A stretch of 64,000 nt of DNA from Azolla caroliniana (GCA_043228905.1 JBHGNT010000022.1:6262001-6326000); one strand, 5' to 3'. Shown: positions 1 through 11,328, counted from the stretch's first letter. Translations and numbers: made by a program. The notes: a model not told the origin generated them from the sequence alone.

Positions 1-404
1 TTGAAGATTTTGACCCGCTTCCCGGCTATTGGTACTGCCAGCTTAGTCCCATCGAGTTCAGCGAGGTGGTAGGTAGAATTATCGTTTGCACTCGTTACCA
101 TGTACGGCCCGAACCATCGCTTTGAGAATTTCCGCATCGACCTATGTTGATTGTCGAGACTACTATCATATACAATCACCCAGTTTCCTTCTTCGATCTT
201 CCGAGGGCGTAGTCGGTGTGTCTTTTCGAATTGGGCTTTGTTACTTAGCCTAGCCGCTTCTAACCTCTCCTTTGCTAACTCCAAGTCTTTGGGTCTTCTC
301 TCAAGTTGCCTTATCCTTGTGGCTAGAAGCTCTTCTCGACTCATCTCGTTTTCCCACGGCATCGCTACCCATGAAGCGATCGTGTCTTCAATGGGCATCA
401 CCGG
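1..404 (-). mobile_element. Ty3/Gypsy fragment (integrase C-terminal region), related to D/F family
   Basis: Minus strand resembles the ...KRWFGPY...ELDGT...PIAGKRVKIF end of the D/F pol (cf. 26344-26682, 32600-33100). It abuts Copia sequence at ~405 with no LTR. Confidence 0.75.
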
Positions 405-2285
405 CGGACCTTCAGAGATGAAGTTTGAGCCGGCGAAGAGGGCCTTGAAGTCCGATCCACCTGCTAGAAGAACCCCTTAAAAAGGTATGGATATAATGAG
501 TACATGGCGCATCACTATGCGTACATGACGAAAGTGGTAGAGGAACGTGAGCCGGAGTGCTACGCAGAAGCGGCAAAGGACGCGCATTGGAGTGCCGCAA
601 TGGAGGAAGAGATGTAGGCACTTGATGCGAACGACACATGGGACCTGGTTGACCCTCCCCGACATTGCAAACCGATCGGTTGCAAGTGGGTGTACAAGGT
701 GAACTATAATGTTGACGGTTCGGTCAACTGGTACAAGGCCCGGTTAGTGGCCAAAGGATACGCGCAGACCCATAGAATCAACTACGATGAGACCTTCGCT
801 CCAGTATCGAAGATAATAACGGTTCGTGTGGTGCTAGTGGTGGCTACAGCAAGGGGATGAAATCTTCACGAAATGGACGTGAAGAATGCGTTTCTTCAAG
901 GCGATTTTGATGAACAGGTCTGTATGATCCAACCCCCCGGATTTTAGTCAGAGATGAACAAGTCGGCTCCACAAAATCGGTTGAGTGAAGTCCCAACTGT
1001 CGAATGCATTCGAAATGAAGGACCTGGGGGCGTTACCATTGCCATCTGGCTTCGGCAGCTACTGCAAGACCTCCGGATCGAAGCGCCAACTCCAATCCCT
1101 ATCTACTGCGACAACATGAGCAACATGCAACTAGCCAAGAACCCTGTGTTCCATGCTTGGACGAAGCACATAGAAGTGCATTATCACTTTGTGCGCGAGC
1201 GGGTCCTCAGCCGTGAAGTATAACTTCGGTATGTCTGGACGGATCGACAGGTTGCCGACATCTTCACGAAGGCCCTTGGAATCGACAAGTTGCAACATTT
1301 TTCGGAGATGCTTGGTCTTCAGCATCTCGCCATGCCGCACTTGAAGGGAGAACCGGTACTGATATGGGGAGAACAGGAACTGGAACGGAAACCGGGAAAA
1401 CAGGGGGAGACAAGAAGAAAAAGGAAGCCGAGTGAACCGAAGAAGTCGGAACAAGCTATGACGACGGAAGAGTCAAGAAGGATAGAGCCGATTGGAAGGC
1501 CAAGACCCAGACGTGGTTCGATGTGGTAAAGAGCTTGAAGATTGAGGACGAATTGGAGACAACCAATTCGGACAAGAGTTGGAACGAATCAGAGTCACCC
1601 GATTAAGACAAGAGTTGATGCTTGATTCGGAGGAGCTGGATCAACTGAAGTCCAAATGGACAAGGAGGCCGTGGAAGCTGACACCGACATGGAGAAACCG
1701 ATGGGTCGAGGTGAGATGGGCCTCTTGAGCAGACAAGCCGACCGAGAAGGTCAAGGTGCGCGGAACTGGACATGTTAGGGGAAGATGAACCGGACCGGAC
1801 AAGGAGCGTAAGCCAGGCAGGAGGATGCCAGGAAGAGCCGGAGGAGAGGACCGTCTACCACAGACATACACTGCGATCCGACCTCAAGTTGAGCTTGATG
1901 GGGAGTGTTGAGCAGGCAAGCTCAACCGGATCTGGATCGACTAAACAAGCCAGAGCCGGATCAGTGTCTAGATGGTATCTGGAACCAGGAGCCGGATCAG
2001 ATTGTAACTGGTAGGCCGTTAGAGGCCTACAAATGTAGCCTAGAATGTAGGCATATTTTTGGGTGTCAGTGTCAATTGCTCGTATGAGCATTGAAGTACT
2101 TGTCAATACTTCTCACTAAGCACATTGTATGTACAGAGTCTTATTATTCAGATTGATTTTCATTGTTTTGATCTCTTTGTCTCTCACGATCTCTTTCTCT
2201 ATGATTGAAGCTTCCATTAAACCTTGTCTCCGTTTTCTGTTGTTATCCGGATAAACCAGTTTGTCAAAGCTTTCGCATATTAACT
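405..2285 (+). mobile_element. Copia element A, truncated 3' part (RT fragment, RNase H, 3' LTR)
   Basis: Degenerate RT motifs ([28 protein letters not shown]) and RNase H (YCDNMS..LAKNPVFHA.TKHIEVHYHFVRE) with stops and deletions. PPT-like TTGATGGGGAG ends at 1905 and an LTR begins TGTTG at 1906. Same family as 46581-49915. Confidence 0.8.
1906..2285 (+). repeat. 3' LTR of Copia A
   Basis: Starts TGTTG directly after a purine tract and ends ...ATTAAC(T), where Tork-like coding sequence begins. The right end is approximate. Confidence 0.6.
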
Positions 2286-2302
2286 TTGATAGAGAGAAAG
2301 CC

Positions 2303-2602
2303 TGTTGAGAATCAAGCTCAACTTGGTCTAGTGTGTGAACTCACCTTGAGAGTGAATAGACACTCCAACAATCAAGAGTCACCATTATGTCACCTCTTTG
2401 TATTTTAGCATTTAGTATGAGTCATAGAATCATATTCTATGACACATAACTTATGAGCTTTCGCATTCCCCATGCTCCATGAGTCTTGTAGTTAACGAAG
2501 AGAGAGGGTGACTATATAAAGCACCCTCCTCCCACCTTGTATTTAGTTGAGTCTTTCTCCTTTCTGAATATACTTACCCTTGCGTATACTCTGTGTTTCA
2601 CT

Positions 2603-2646
<44 letters not shown>

Positions 2647-2706
2647 CACACACATACACAGTTCACACCTATTCCGCTACACAAGAATCACCATTGATTC
2701 TTTACA
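2303..2706 (+). repeat. 5' LTR of Copia B
   Basis: TGTTGAGAATC...TTTACA. Near-identical to 42114-42492 (about 6 substitutions plus microsatellite length changes). TATA-like CTATATAAA and (CT)n. Confidence 0.95.
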
Positions 2707-2718
2707 TGGTATCAGAGC
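2707..2718 (+). promoter_or_regulatory. PBS (initiator tRNA-Met) of Copia B
   Basis: TGGTATCAGAGC immediately after the LTR-terminal CA. Confidence 0.95.
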
Positions 2719-2834
2719 GATTTGGTAGTTTGATCTAGCCCATTCGCCTCATTGTGATCGTGTGTTGTGCTCCATGCCGATGACCCAGAACCGGCTCATC
2801 GCTATCGTAGCTTCGATACATAGCTCCCAGATAC

Positions 2835-5109
2835 GTGACATGGGAGCAAGCCGCAAGCCGCGTGATGTATTGTTTGGCAACATGTGTTCACGACCACATG
2901 CTCGGTTACATTCGAGAAGCCAAGACGCCGAAGGAAGTGTGGGAAAATCTACGAAAGATTTTCGCCGCCGACATGACCGCGAGGAAGCTTCAACTCTGCC
3001 AAGAGTTGAAAAACATTCAACAAAGGGACATGTCCATCACGACATACACCTTGAAGATCAAGGAGCTTTGCAACTCGCTCAGCTCAATAAGCGTAAGTAT
3101 TGATGATGATGAGATCGTGCAAATATGCCTCGGCGGCCTCGCACCACGGTTCGGTGCGATGCGAACCGCCGTTCTAGCAAGGGAGAAATCTCCCTCCTTC
3201 TTCGAGCTCTAATCAATGCTATTGGTCAAAGAAAACCAAGTGCATACAAGGGGCAATGAGTCGGAAGGTCACATGCTCTACACGCACTCGAATGGAGGAA
3301 GAGGATGCAGACGAGCGAGAGGCCAATTCGGCCAAGGACAAGGAGGACGAGGTCCGACCTACGACAACAACTCCCAATTTCGGCCGTAAAACGGAAGCCA
3401 ACGAGGAACCGTCGCAAGAAGGGGGAGCTTCCACTCCGGCTTGAACCGTCAAAACGCAACCGAATGCGGATATTGCGGAAAGCTCGGCCACTATGAAGAA
3501 GAGTGCCGAAAGAAGATGCACGAAACGGCTTCCACAAGCCGACAACTCACTAATTACGCGCACAATTCCAACTACGAAGAGTATAGCGGAATGTACGAGC
3601 ACAAATCCGACTACAAAGATCATGGCAGAATGTATGCACACAACACTAACCGTGGCGAAATGTATGGGCACAACTCCGACTACGAAGATCATGGCGGAAT
3701 GTATGCACACAACTCCGACCGTGGCGGAATGTTCATGATGAAACATAGAGCAAACTCTATGTCGGCCTCTACCTCAACTAGTGCCTCTGGTCCGGAAGAC
3801 GTATGGTTTGTCGATTCCGGTGCCTCAAACCATATGACATCGCATCAAGAATGGTTCCGAGAACTTCGAGAGCCGGACCGGCCCGGCTATGTCGAAACCG
3901 GAGACGACCCTACGCACCCAATTCGGCACATCGGCAACGTTCCATTCGGAAAAGAAGGTAAGCGAAATTACATTAAAAATGTCTTGCATGTACCGACCAT
4001 TACGAAGAATTTGGTCTCCGTCAGCCAAATTGTAGAGCAAGGGATGCAAGTTTGATTTAATCAAGGTGGTTGCTTCATCGAAAAAGAGGGCCGACTCATT
4101 GCACGCAGACGAAGAGAGGGCCGAATGTTCATTCTCAACTCACACGAGATGAAATCGGCCATGTTCGCAAAGGGCATGAAAGCCGACTCCGACATAGAGT
4201 TATGGCACAAGCGGATTGGCTATATAAATCTCCAAAAGCTCAAAGCAATGAAATCGAAAGGAGTCGTCATCGGACTCCCAACATTCAAAGAGAAGGAGAT
4301 TGAAGGTGTATGCGAAGGATGCCAATTCGGCAAGCAACACCTACACCCATTCCCGAAAGAGCGGAACGTGAGCAAAGATCTACTCGACGTAGTCCAATCC
4401 GACGTATGGGGATCGGCGTAGATGGCTAAATTCGGCGGATGCCAATATTGTGTACTCTTCATCGACGACTTCTCTAGGTACACTTGGATTTACCTGATGC
4501 GGCAAAAGAGCGAAGTGTTTAGACACTTCCAAAAATTCAAGAGTGAAGTCGAGAAAGCCACGGGCCGACATGTACGATGCCTTCGATCGGATGGTGGCAA
4601 GGAGTACTTCTCGGACGATTTCACAGCGTATCTCCGAAAGGAAGGAATTCGACGAGAATTCACTTGCCGACACACTCCGCAACAAAAAGGAGTAGCCGAG
4701 CGCAAAAATCGGCACATCCTCGAAGTCGCGCGGACCATGATGAACGAGAAGCATATGCCCAAGTCATATTGGGCCAAAGCTGCAAATACGGCCGTCTACC
4801 TAATGAACCGGTGCACAACATCCGGCGTGCACGAGGTCACTCCGCACGAAAAATACTTCGGAAAGAGGCCGGACTTATCGCACATCCGGATATTCGGCGC
4901 GTTAGCGCACGTGCACATCCCCGACGAGAAGTGTCAAACGCTTGACCCGAAGTCGGAGAAATGTATCCTCGTAGGATACTCACTGGAGCAAAAGGGGTAC
5001 AAGTGCTACAACCCCTCAACTTGAAAATCTCGAGTAAGTCAAGACGTCGTGTTTGACGAGTCTGCATCCTGGTACGCACCAGAGACAACTCCGACTCCGC
5101 TCGACCTGG
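2835..5109 (+). pseudogene. Copia B gag-protease-integrase (multiple stops)
   Basis: UBN2-like gag (2835-3212), zinc knuckle CGYCGKLGHYEEEC, protease WFVDSGASNHMT, LWHKRIG, and integrase FIDDFSRY / LRSDGGKEY / GVAERKNR. Interrupted at 5110 by D. Confidence 0.9.
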
Positions 5110-5479
5110 TGTCGTGCCTTTCGGCTCCGGATCGTTGCGTGAGTCGGGTGAGAACCGCTGGGGTTTTGGACTAGGAGGAAAGAAAATTCTAAGGCAATTA
5201 AGAATATGAAATATATTGTAATAAAGAAGGATATGAAAACCTCGTGAATCCCACGAGTATAGTGTATTAGTGAGTAATCAAATTAAGAGAGAATAGTTCG
5301 CAAATTCATGAATCCCACGATTATCTTATATTAATCAACCCTTGTAAAATAATCAACAACCTCTATACATCTTTCTCTCTTCCTTATATAGTGTTTGGAA
5401 AAGTCTAAGTTTATCACATGCAAGCATCATGCTTTTTCTATCTTTAGTTTTCATGCACACTGCATGTGCATGATTAGCT
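5110..5479 (-). repeat. 3' LTR of D, left piece
   Basis: Matches 39210-39579 with about 2 substitutions, then is interrupted by the LINE. Confidence 0.93.
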
Positions 5480-5815
5480 CTCTCTCTCTCTCTCTCGCTC
5501 TTGCTCTAACGGCTCTCTCTGTCGCTGTCGTCGCCATCGCCGTCACCGTCGCCGTCGTCTGCAGCCGCTGCAACCGTCGCCGTCTGCTCTCTCTCTCTCT
5601 CGCTCGCTTCCTCGTCTCTCTCTGTCGCCGGCTAGTGTCGTCGCCGTCACCGTCGCCGTCGCTGCCGTTATCTGCGGCCGTCGCCGTCTGCCACCGTGCA
5701 GTCGTCCACCGTCTTCTGCCGTCTGTTGCCGCCGTCTGCCGTCTGCTGTCTGTTGCCGCCGTCTGCCGTCGTCTGCCGTCGTTTGACGACTGCAACCGTC
5801 ACCGTCGCCATCACG
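5480..5815 (+). repeat. Low-complexity (CT)n and GCCGTC/GTCTGCC repeats, LINE 5' UTR
   Basis: Directly visible microsatellite and GC-rich short tandem repeats. Confidence 0.85.
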
Positions 5816-5996
5816 GGGTGTTTTCTTCTCCGTTCTTGTTGTGGTGAAGTACCTTTTTCTCGACGAGTTCGTGGGTGGGTTCTTTTGGTGTGCTCGTCCC
5901 GTGCTACAAAATGCCAATGTGATTGCGACACACACACAAACTAGGCTAAGTCTCGAACCCATTTATTTTACCTTTTTTTTTCTTATTGACACCACA

Positions 5997-6809
5997 ATGA
6001 CGTCTAGACGGACTAAGGAACTTAAGGATATACAAGAAGAGGCTATAAGTAAGGAGGACTTTTTAGATATGTTTAATCGTTTAACAAAAATAGAGATGGA
6101 TATGAAAAAATGGGTGAAAGACACCGAAACCTACAAGAAAAAAGATAGAGAGGAAAAAGACGCCCTCAAGGCCGAAATAGAACAACTTAAAGTAGAAAAC
6201 ATCGACCTTAAAAAACAACTTAAGGACATCGAGGTATCTCGAGAAGACGGTGAAATATCCTCTATAGAGGATATAAAGGACGAAATTAAAAAAGTTAAAG
6301 AGGAAGTTAATAATAACATAGAGTTAGCTAAAACGGGTTGGGTAGATGTGGTTAAAAGAAACATTAAAAAAGAAATAAAAGATGAAAATATTGTTAACAC
6401 CACCCTTGAAGAAGAGAAATTGCGTCAGGCCCGACGCTTAAATGTACATGTCACTGGGCTCAAGGAAGGTGCATCCCCAAATGAGGACGCACAAACACTT
6501 GGGAAAATGTTAGGGTACACAGAGGCCCTACCTATCACCAAAGCATGGAGGGCCGGGCGTGACACAACTAGGAAGAGAGCCTTAGTCCTTCAATTTAAAG
6601 ACTTAGACTCTAGAATCACTTTCTTTAAGAAGAGACCAATCCTTCGAGGAATGGATGGGGACCCCATCTATCTCGATGAAGACCTCACTAAGATGCAAAT
6701 TGAGCATCGCAAGAGTTGTATGCCACGAGTTATGCAAGCTCGTAAAGAAGGCCATCACGCCTTTTACCGAGACGGGCGAGTGATCATAAATGATCGCACT
6801 ACTAACTGA
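5997..6809 (+). CDS. LINE ORF1 (coiled coil + RRM-like domain)
   Basis: ATG at 5997 in the 5841-6809 frame. Heptad-rich E/K region, then RRLNVHVTGLKE...RALVLQF...IYLDEDLT, typical of LINE ORF1 RNA-binding proteins. Confidence 0.8.
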   Translation: MTSRRTKELKDIQEEAISKEDFLDMFNRLTKIEMDMKKWVKDTETYKKKDREEKDALKAEIEQLKVENIDLKKQLKDIEVSREDGEISSIEDIKDEIKKVKEEVNNNIELAKTGWVDVVKRNIKKEIKDENIVNTTLEEEKLRQARRLNVHVTGLKEGASPNEDAQTLGKMLGYTEALPITKAWRAGRDTTRKRALVLQFKDLDSRITFFKKRPILRGMDGDPIYLDEDLTKMQIEHRKSCMPRVMQARKEGHHAFYRDGRVIINDRTTN

Positions 6810-6845
6810 CAGCGTGTGGCCCATGTGACAGAAAATGCACTTAGG

Positions 6846-7754
6846 ATGACCCTATGGAATTGTAATGGCGCACTCTGGGCACACCCCGGCCGCCTAGAGG
6901 AGATACTAAAGGTATCTGATATACTTTTCTTGGTAGAAACACATCAGAGCCCAAATAGAGGACTCCCACGGGTCGAAGGATTCCGTTGGGAGTCCGCTTT
7001 TAGACAAACCTCACGTCGACACACTACTAGGGGATCTGGAGGTGTCGCGATACTATTTCGTAGAGAGCTACATAATAGGATAGAAATAATGAAGATAGAC
7101 CCAGAAGCTCGTTTTATGTGGGTGAAAGTCTCCACAAGCAAAGACCATGCAGTATTTTTCGCCATTTGTTACTTTCCCCCAAAAGGATTCCGTTATAATA
7201 TTAGTGGCTTGACGAGATTAGTCGATGAAGGAATGCCACATGGGCCTTCCCCATACGAACCCCTATCGGATGACATAATCCGATATTCTTCCCAAGGAGA
7301 AGTATTCCTTGTAGGAGACTTCAATGCGAGAACCCAATCCCGACAATGCACAGTATTTCAGATGAATAGAAACCTAGAAATGGTAAATGTTGATCCTTTA
7401 GACATAGGCACCACACGTAGATCAAAGGATCAAGGTGCGGACGCCACGAGCTTTGGCCATCATCTGCTCGAACTTGGCAGTCGGCACCAGATGGTCATAT
7501 ATAATGGTTTAGCTAAGTGGCCGGGCTCGGAAGAGCTCACATGTTTCCCACATGGAGGAGGGGAAAGCACAGTTGACTATCTAATAGGGCGCCCGACAGC
7601 TACCCACTTGATTAACTCCTTTCGAGTGGCCCCATGCCCTATTGGCGCAGACCATAGCTTCTTATACTTTGAGCTAAAATGTGATATCTCTAAGGTCACC
7701 AAGTCTAGTCAACCATGCCATCACACCACAATACATTTCACACATGAGCTCTCT
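6846..7754 (+). pseudogene. LINE ORF2 N-terminal APE endonuclease (cut by E)
   Basis: WNCNG, DILFLVET, GGVAIL, YFPP, VGDFNART, STVDYL and ADH motifs. The ORF-track tail beyond 7754 is LTR sequence. Confidence 0.9.
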
Positions 7755-8134
7755 TGTTGTCTGTCTGGCCGGACTAGCCTCAACACAGGTGTCTACCCGA
7801 CACTTCTCCAAAGGGGTGGTAAGGATTGGATGCTAGGTTACACGCATAAGATGATTACAATTAAGCACGGACGGCAAACAATACGAGATACAGATAAATA
7901 CACGACAATTACTATTGTATTACTTTCGTAAAAACACTTTACAAATCATCGGATCCTTTTATAGGCATCCGGCAAGGTTACAATCGGTGCGCTTAGGCAA
8001 CCGATATCCGAATCGGTTCGGATCCGGATCGGTACAACTGTACCGAATCCGTCCCTCCGAATAATAATTCTACTATTACTTCCTATTATCCGATCCGCCT
8101 TCCCACTTGTCCTTGCTCTTCTGACCGGCCAACA
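7755..8134 (-). repeat. 3' LTR of E
   Basis: TGTTG...CAACA, 380 bp, matches 23015-23386. Confidence 0.93.
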
Positions 8135-8136
8135 CA

Positions 8137-8176
8137 TGGCACGCCCGTGGGAAAGTGCCTTGCACTTCGAATCCAC
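8137..8176 (-). promoter_or_regulatory. tRNA-3'-end-like element occupying the PPT position of E
   Basis: Sense GTGGATTCGA-AGTGCAAGGCACT-TTCCCAC-GGGCGTG-CCA, then TG, then the LTR. Conserved at 51395-51434. Function is inferred. Confidence 0.7.
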
Positions 8177-8184
8177 ACCCGGCC

Positions 8185-11100
8185 TCAGTCTTCCTCCAAA
8201 ATATCGAGCACACTTTGCTCGATCGTGTCAAGTGGTGCTTCTTCCTCCTGTTCCTGTTCCTTGCCTGCCTGGTCTCCGACCTCCTGTTGGGTAGGCTGTT
8301 CCGTAAAAATTTTCTGCTCCGGCTCTGCTTGATTCCGTGGTGCCGGTGCTTCCTCACCGCTTCGTCCGGGTTCTTCCTGTTCTCCCTTCGTTCCTGGCTC
8401 TGTTCTGTTACCGGTGTCGCTTTCCCCGGTCTCGACTGGTCGACTTGATATGCCTCCTTCCTCTGCTCTGGTGTCTTCCGGTCTCAGCTCTTCTTCTTCT
8501 CCGGCATCGGTCCGCTCTTGCTCTTCTTCTTCTCCGGCATCGGTCCGCTCCTGCTCTTCTTCGAGTTCGTCTTCAGGTATTCCTTGTCGGGGTTGTTCGG
8601 TGTCGGTTGGTTCATCTTCATCCGGTCGCGTTCCCTCACCAATAGTGGTTGGCGTCGTTCTTCCCTTAGCTTCCTGTCGTACCCGGTCCTGCTCGTACCT
8701 CTCCAACTCCAACTGAGTTGCGAGCTGCCCGTCATCCAACCTCTCTACCAACCCTCGGATTTCTTTGAGGTGTTCTTCTGCTAAAGTGTAGAAATCCTCC
8801 GACAATTCCTCCCGAATGGCGACGATACTTTCTTCATCCATCTTGTAGAACCTGTCGCCGGTCTTCTTCCGATTCTCGGCATCCGCTCGGAGTGTCTGCA
8901 GCTCGGCTGCCTGTTGTGACCACTCCTTCCATAGCTTTTCCGTACTTTCGTTGATACTTGCCTGAGCTCGGGTACTCCATCCTGACATGATGAGCTTGAT
9001 CCGGTCAACTCCTGCCTTGGCATGCGCATAAGCTTCCTGCTTTTCCTTCCTTGCCCGTTTTATAATGTCGGCCATTATCTGAGCCTGGGCCTCGTAATCT
9101 GCTTTCTGCTTTTCATTGGTACTCTGCAGTTTGCTGATCGTGAAGGTCGATTTTTCCTTTTCTTCATTCCTGATCTTGGTCAGGTCCAGCTTTTCCCGCC
9201 TTAGCGCCTCTAATTCCTTCCTTCTCTCCGTTGCTTGGGCTATTTCCGCCGACAATGCTTCCTTGTTGGCACTGACCTCATCCATCGCCTTAGCCAGGTC
9301 TAATCGGTTCTCTTTGAGCTGCTCTTTCAACTTCTCTATTTGCCGGTCGTAGTTTGCTGCTCGTTTTCTGTTGTCCGACTCGGCCTGCTTGTGATCTCTG
9401 TAGAGACGGTCGAAGTCCTCCGTCTTCTGCTTCAGGCGTCGGGTTGCCTGAGCTCTTAACCGATCGTCCCGGTCCTTCTGTTGTCGGAGTTCTTCCTGCA
9501 GTCGTTCTATCTCTTGTTCGGCATGTCGACGTAGTCGGTCCTTCTCCTTCTGCAGCTTCTCTTTTTCTTCTTGCAGTCGGTCATTAGCGGCTCGACCTTT
9601 CCGGAGGCCTTCTTCCATTTTTCGTCTGTCATCCTCCACCGCTTTCCGCTGCTCCCTTTCTCTTTCCCTTAATGCCTCCTGAGCTTGTAACTCCTCTCGT
9701 AAGGTTTCTATTATTTTTTCGGTCTCAGGGCCGGTTTGTAAGGCTACCGGTTCCGGTTCCGGTTCCGGTTCCGGTTGCTTCCTTGTTGTCCCGACCGGCT
9801 CGGTGACAGCTTGTGCTTGTTGGATTCCTTCCCTTGCCTGCAACAGCTCCCCTTGCATTTCCTCGATCTGTGTTCGGAGCGCGACCAACTCCTGCGTTGT
9901 TGTATGCGTCAGCTGTTGCCGACACGTTTCTTCTTTCTCTAACTGGTCCGCTACTCCCGATAACTGCTCCGAAAGCCATCTCAGCCATTGTGGCTTTGTT
10001 CTTCTGATTTCGGGGTGGCCTTGCTCACTTAAGCCAGGCTGATTTTCCGGCCTTTTCTCTGGCTCCGGCTCCGGCGCTCGTTCTTTCTTCTTCTCTGGGA
10101 TGACCGGTTTTCTGACGTCCGGCCCAACCGGTGTCGGTGCTGCTTCCCTGGGTACAGGTTCCGGTGCTATTTCCGCCTCGGCTACTGGAGATGGTCCTTG
10201 CGCCCTCTGCTGAGTTCTGTCCACTGGTGGAGCCGGTCCTTTCGCCCGTTTCTCCCGACCTTGTCTTGCTGGGAGTCTTACCAGGGGTTCGGATGAGTCT
10301 TCTGTTTCAGTTTCCTCCTCCGGTGCTGGTACCAGACGGACCTTTTGTCTAGAGACCTCTGGTTCCGGTTCCGGCCGTCGCAGCGTTATATGGATTGGTT
10401 TGCGCGCTACCGGTTCCTCCTCAGCCGCTTTCCCTTTGCCTTTACCTGCCGGTTTTGCCTTTGTGGCCGGTTCCTGTTGCTGTCGGGATGGTCCTTCCCC
10501 CTGCTGTTCTACTTCTTGCGGGGTCCATCCGGGGGTGTGTTTCTCCAAGATCTGTCGGCGCTTTGTGACCTGTTTCGGCGTCGTCTCCTGCCGACCTCTT
10601 TTCTTTTGTGTGATGGGGAGTACCGGTGGGACTAACACCGTTAGCCATTGTGCTATCCCGGCCCATGGCCTTTTTCCTTCCACCAGATTTTTGATGGCCT
10701 CCTTCAATCCTTCGGTTATGAAATGGAGCCAGTCTATTTGTAAGCCCTCGTACGCTGCTATCAAGAATGTTGCCCGATACTTGGCTATGGCTGGGGGACG
10801 GGGATTCACGAATCCGTATTCCATCATAGCGCGGGCTACTTCTCCGAACAGCAGGTTCTCTCCGCCCTGCGTTCGGTACGCCTTGCTGCTGATAGAGTAT
10901 TCCCCCAAATATTCGAACAGGATTTCACTGGAAGGGTTTTCGATTGTTTGCAGTCCTCCTGCTTTGATCCCCGTGAGTGCCTGCACCGCTCCTTCCGTGA
11001 CTTCTGATATATCGATCGATGCTGCCGCCTGCTCTGGTTCTGCGTGTGGTGGAGCGTCGGCGATCCGCAACAAGCCTTTTAACCCGTTCTCCCTCATCCA

Positions 11101-11328
11101 TTGGCGTGCCTCTTCCGACAGTACCATTGCTTCAAATTCTTCGTCTGCTGCCTGGTGTTCGGGATCGCGCTGTGTGTGCTCTGTGCGTCGGGTCGCTCTT
11201 CTGTGCTTCTGCGCCTGTATGTAGGAAAAATCGTAAAACGTGAGCCCTTCGCAGGCCTGTGTCTTATATAGTGGGTTGTGCCTCGAGCCGTCCTTTTTCG
11301 TTTCCCGCGCATGTTCCTCTCCCGCCAT
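8185..11328 (-). CDS. Accessory ORF of E: globular N-terminal domain, disordered linker, long coiled coil, acidic tail
   Basis: Uninterrupted ORF (1068 aa in the track; first ATG at 11328 gives ~1047 aa) between the integrase stop and the 3' LTR. Homologous degenerate ORF in element I. The start codon is uncertain. Confidence 0.8.
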   Translation of the reverse strand: MAGEEHARETKKDGSRHNPLYKTQACEGLTFYDFSYIQAQKHRRATRRTEHTQRDPEHQAADEEFEAMVLSEEARQWMRENGLKGLLRIADAPPHAEPEQAAASIDISEVTEGAVQALTGIKAGGLQTIENPSSEILFEYLGEYSISSKAYRTQGGENLLFGEVARAMMEYGFVNPRPPAIAKYRATFLIAAYEGLQIDWLHFITEGLKEAIKNLVEGKRPWAGIAQWLTVLVPPVLPITQKKRGRQETTPKQVTKRRQILEKHTPGWTPQEVEQQGEGPSRQQQEPATKAKPAGKGKGKAAEEEPVARKPIHITLRRPEPEPEVSRQKVRLVPAPEEETETEDSSEPLVRLPARQGREKRAKGPAPPVDRTQQRAQGPSPVAEAEIAPEPVPREAAPTPVGPDVRKPVIPEKKKERAPEPEPEKRPENQPGLSEQGHPEIRRTKPQWLRWLSEQLSGVADQLEKEETCRQQLTHTTTQELVALRTQIEEMQGELLQAREGIQQAQAVTEPVGTTRKQPEPEPEPEPVALQTGPETEKIIETLREELQAQEALREREREQRKAVEDDRRKMEEGLRKGRAANDRLQEEKEKLQKEKDRLRRHAEQEIERLQEELRQQKDRDDRLRAQATRRLKQKTEDFDRLYRDHKQAESDNRKRAANYDRQIEKLKEQLKENRLDLAKAMDEVSANKEALSAEIAQATERRKELEALRREKLDLTKIRNEEKEKSTFTISKLQSTNEKQKADYEAQAQIMADIIKRARKEKQEAYAHAKAGVDRIKLIMSGWSTRAQASINESTEKLWKEWSQQAAELQTLRADAENRKKTGDRFYKMDEESIVAIREELSEDFYTLAEEHLKEIRGLVERLDDGQLATQLELERYEQDRVRQEAKGRTTPTTIGEGTRPDEDEPTDTEQPRQGIPEDELEEEQERTDAGEEEEQERTDAGEEEELRPEDTRAEEGGISSRPVETGESDTGNRTEPGTKGEQEEPGRSGEEAPAPRNQAEPEQKIFTEQPTQQEVGDQAGKEQEQEEEAPLDTIEQSVLDILEED

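Noticed and set aside
5395-5962. Several overlapping 80-150-aa ORFs
   Set aside because: Artefacts of stop-poor GCC/GTC low-complexity sequence in the LINE 5' UTR.
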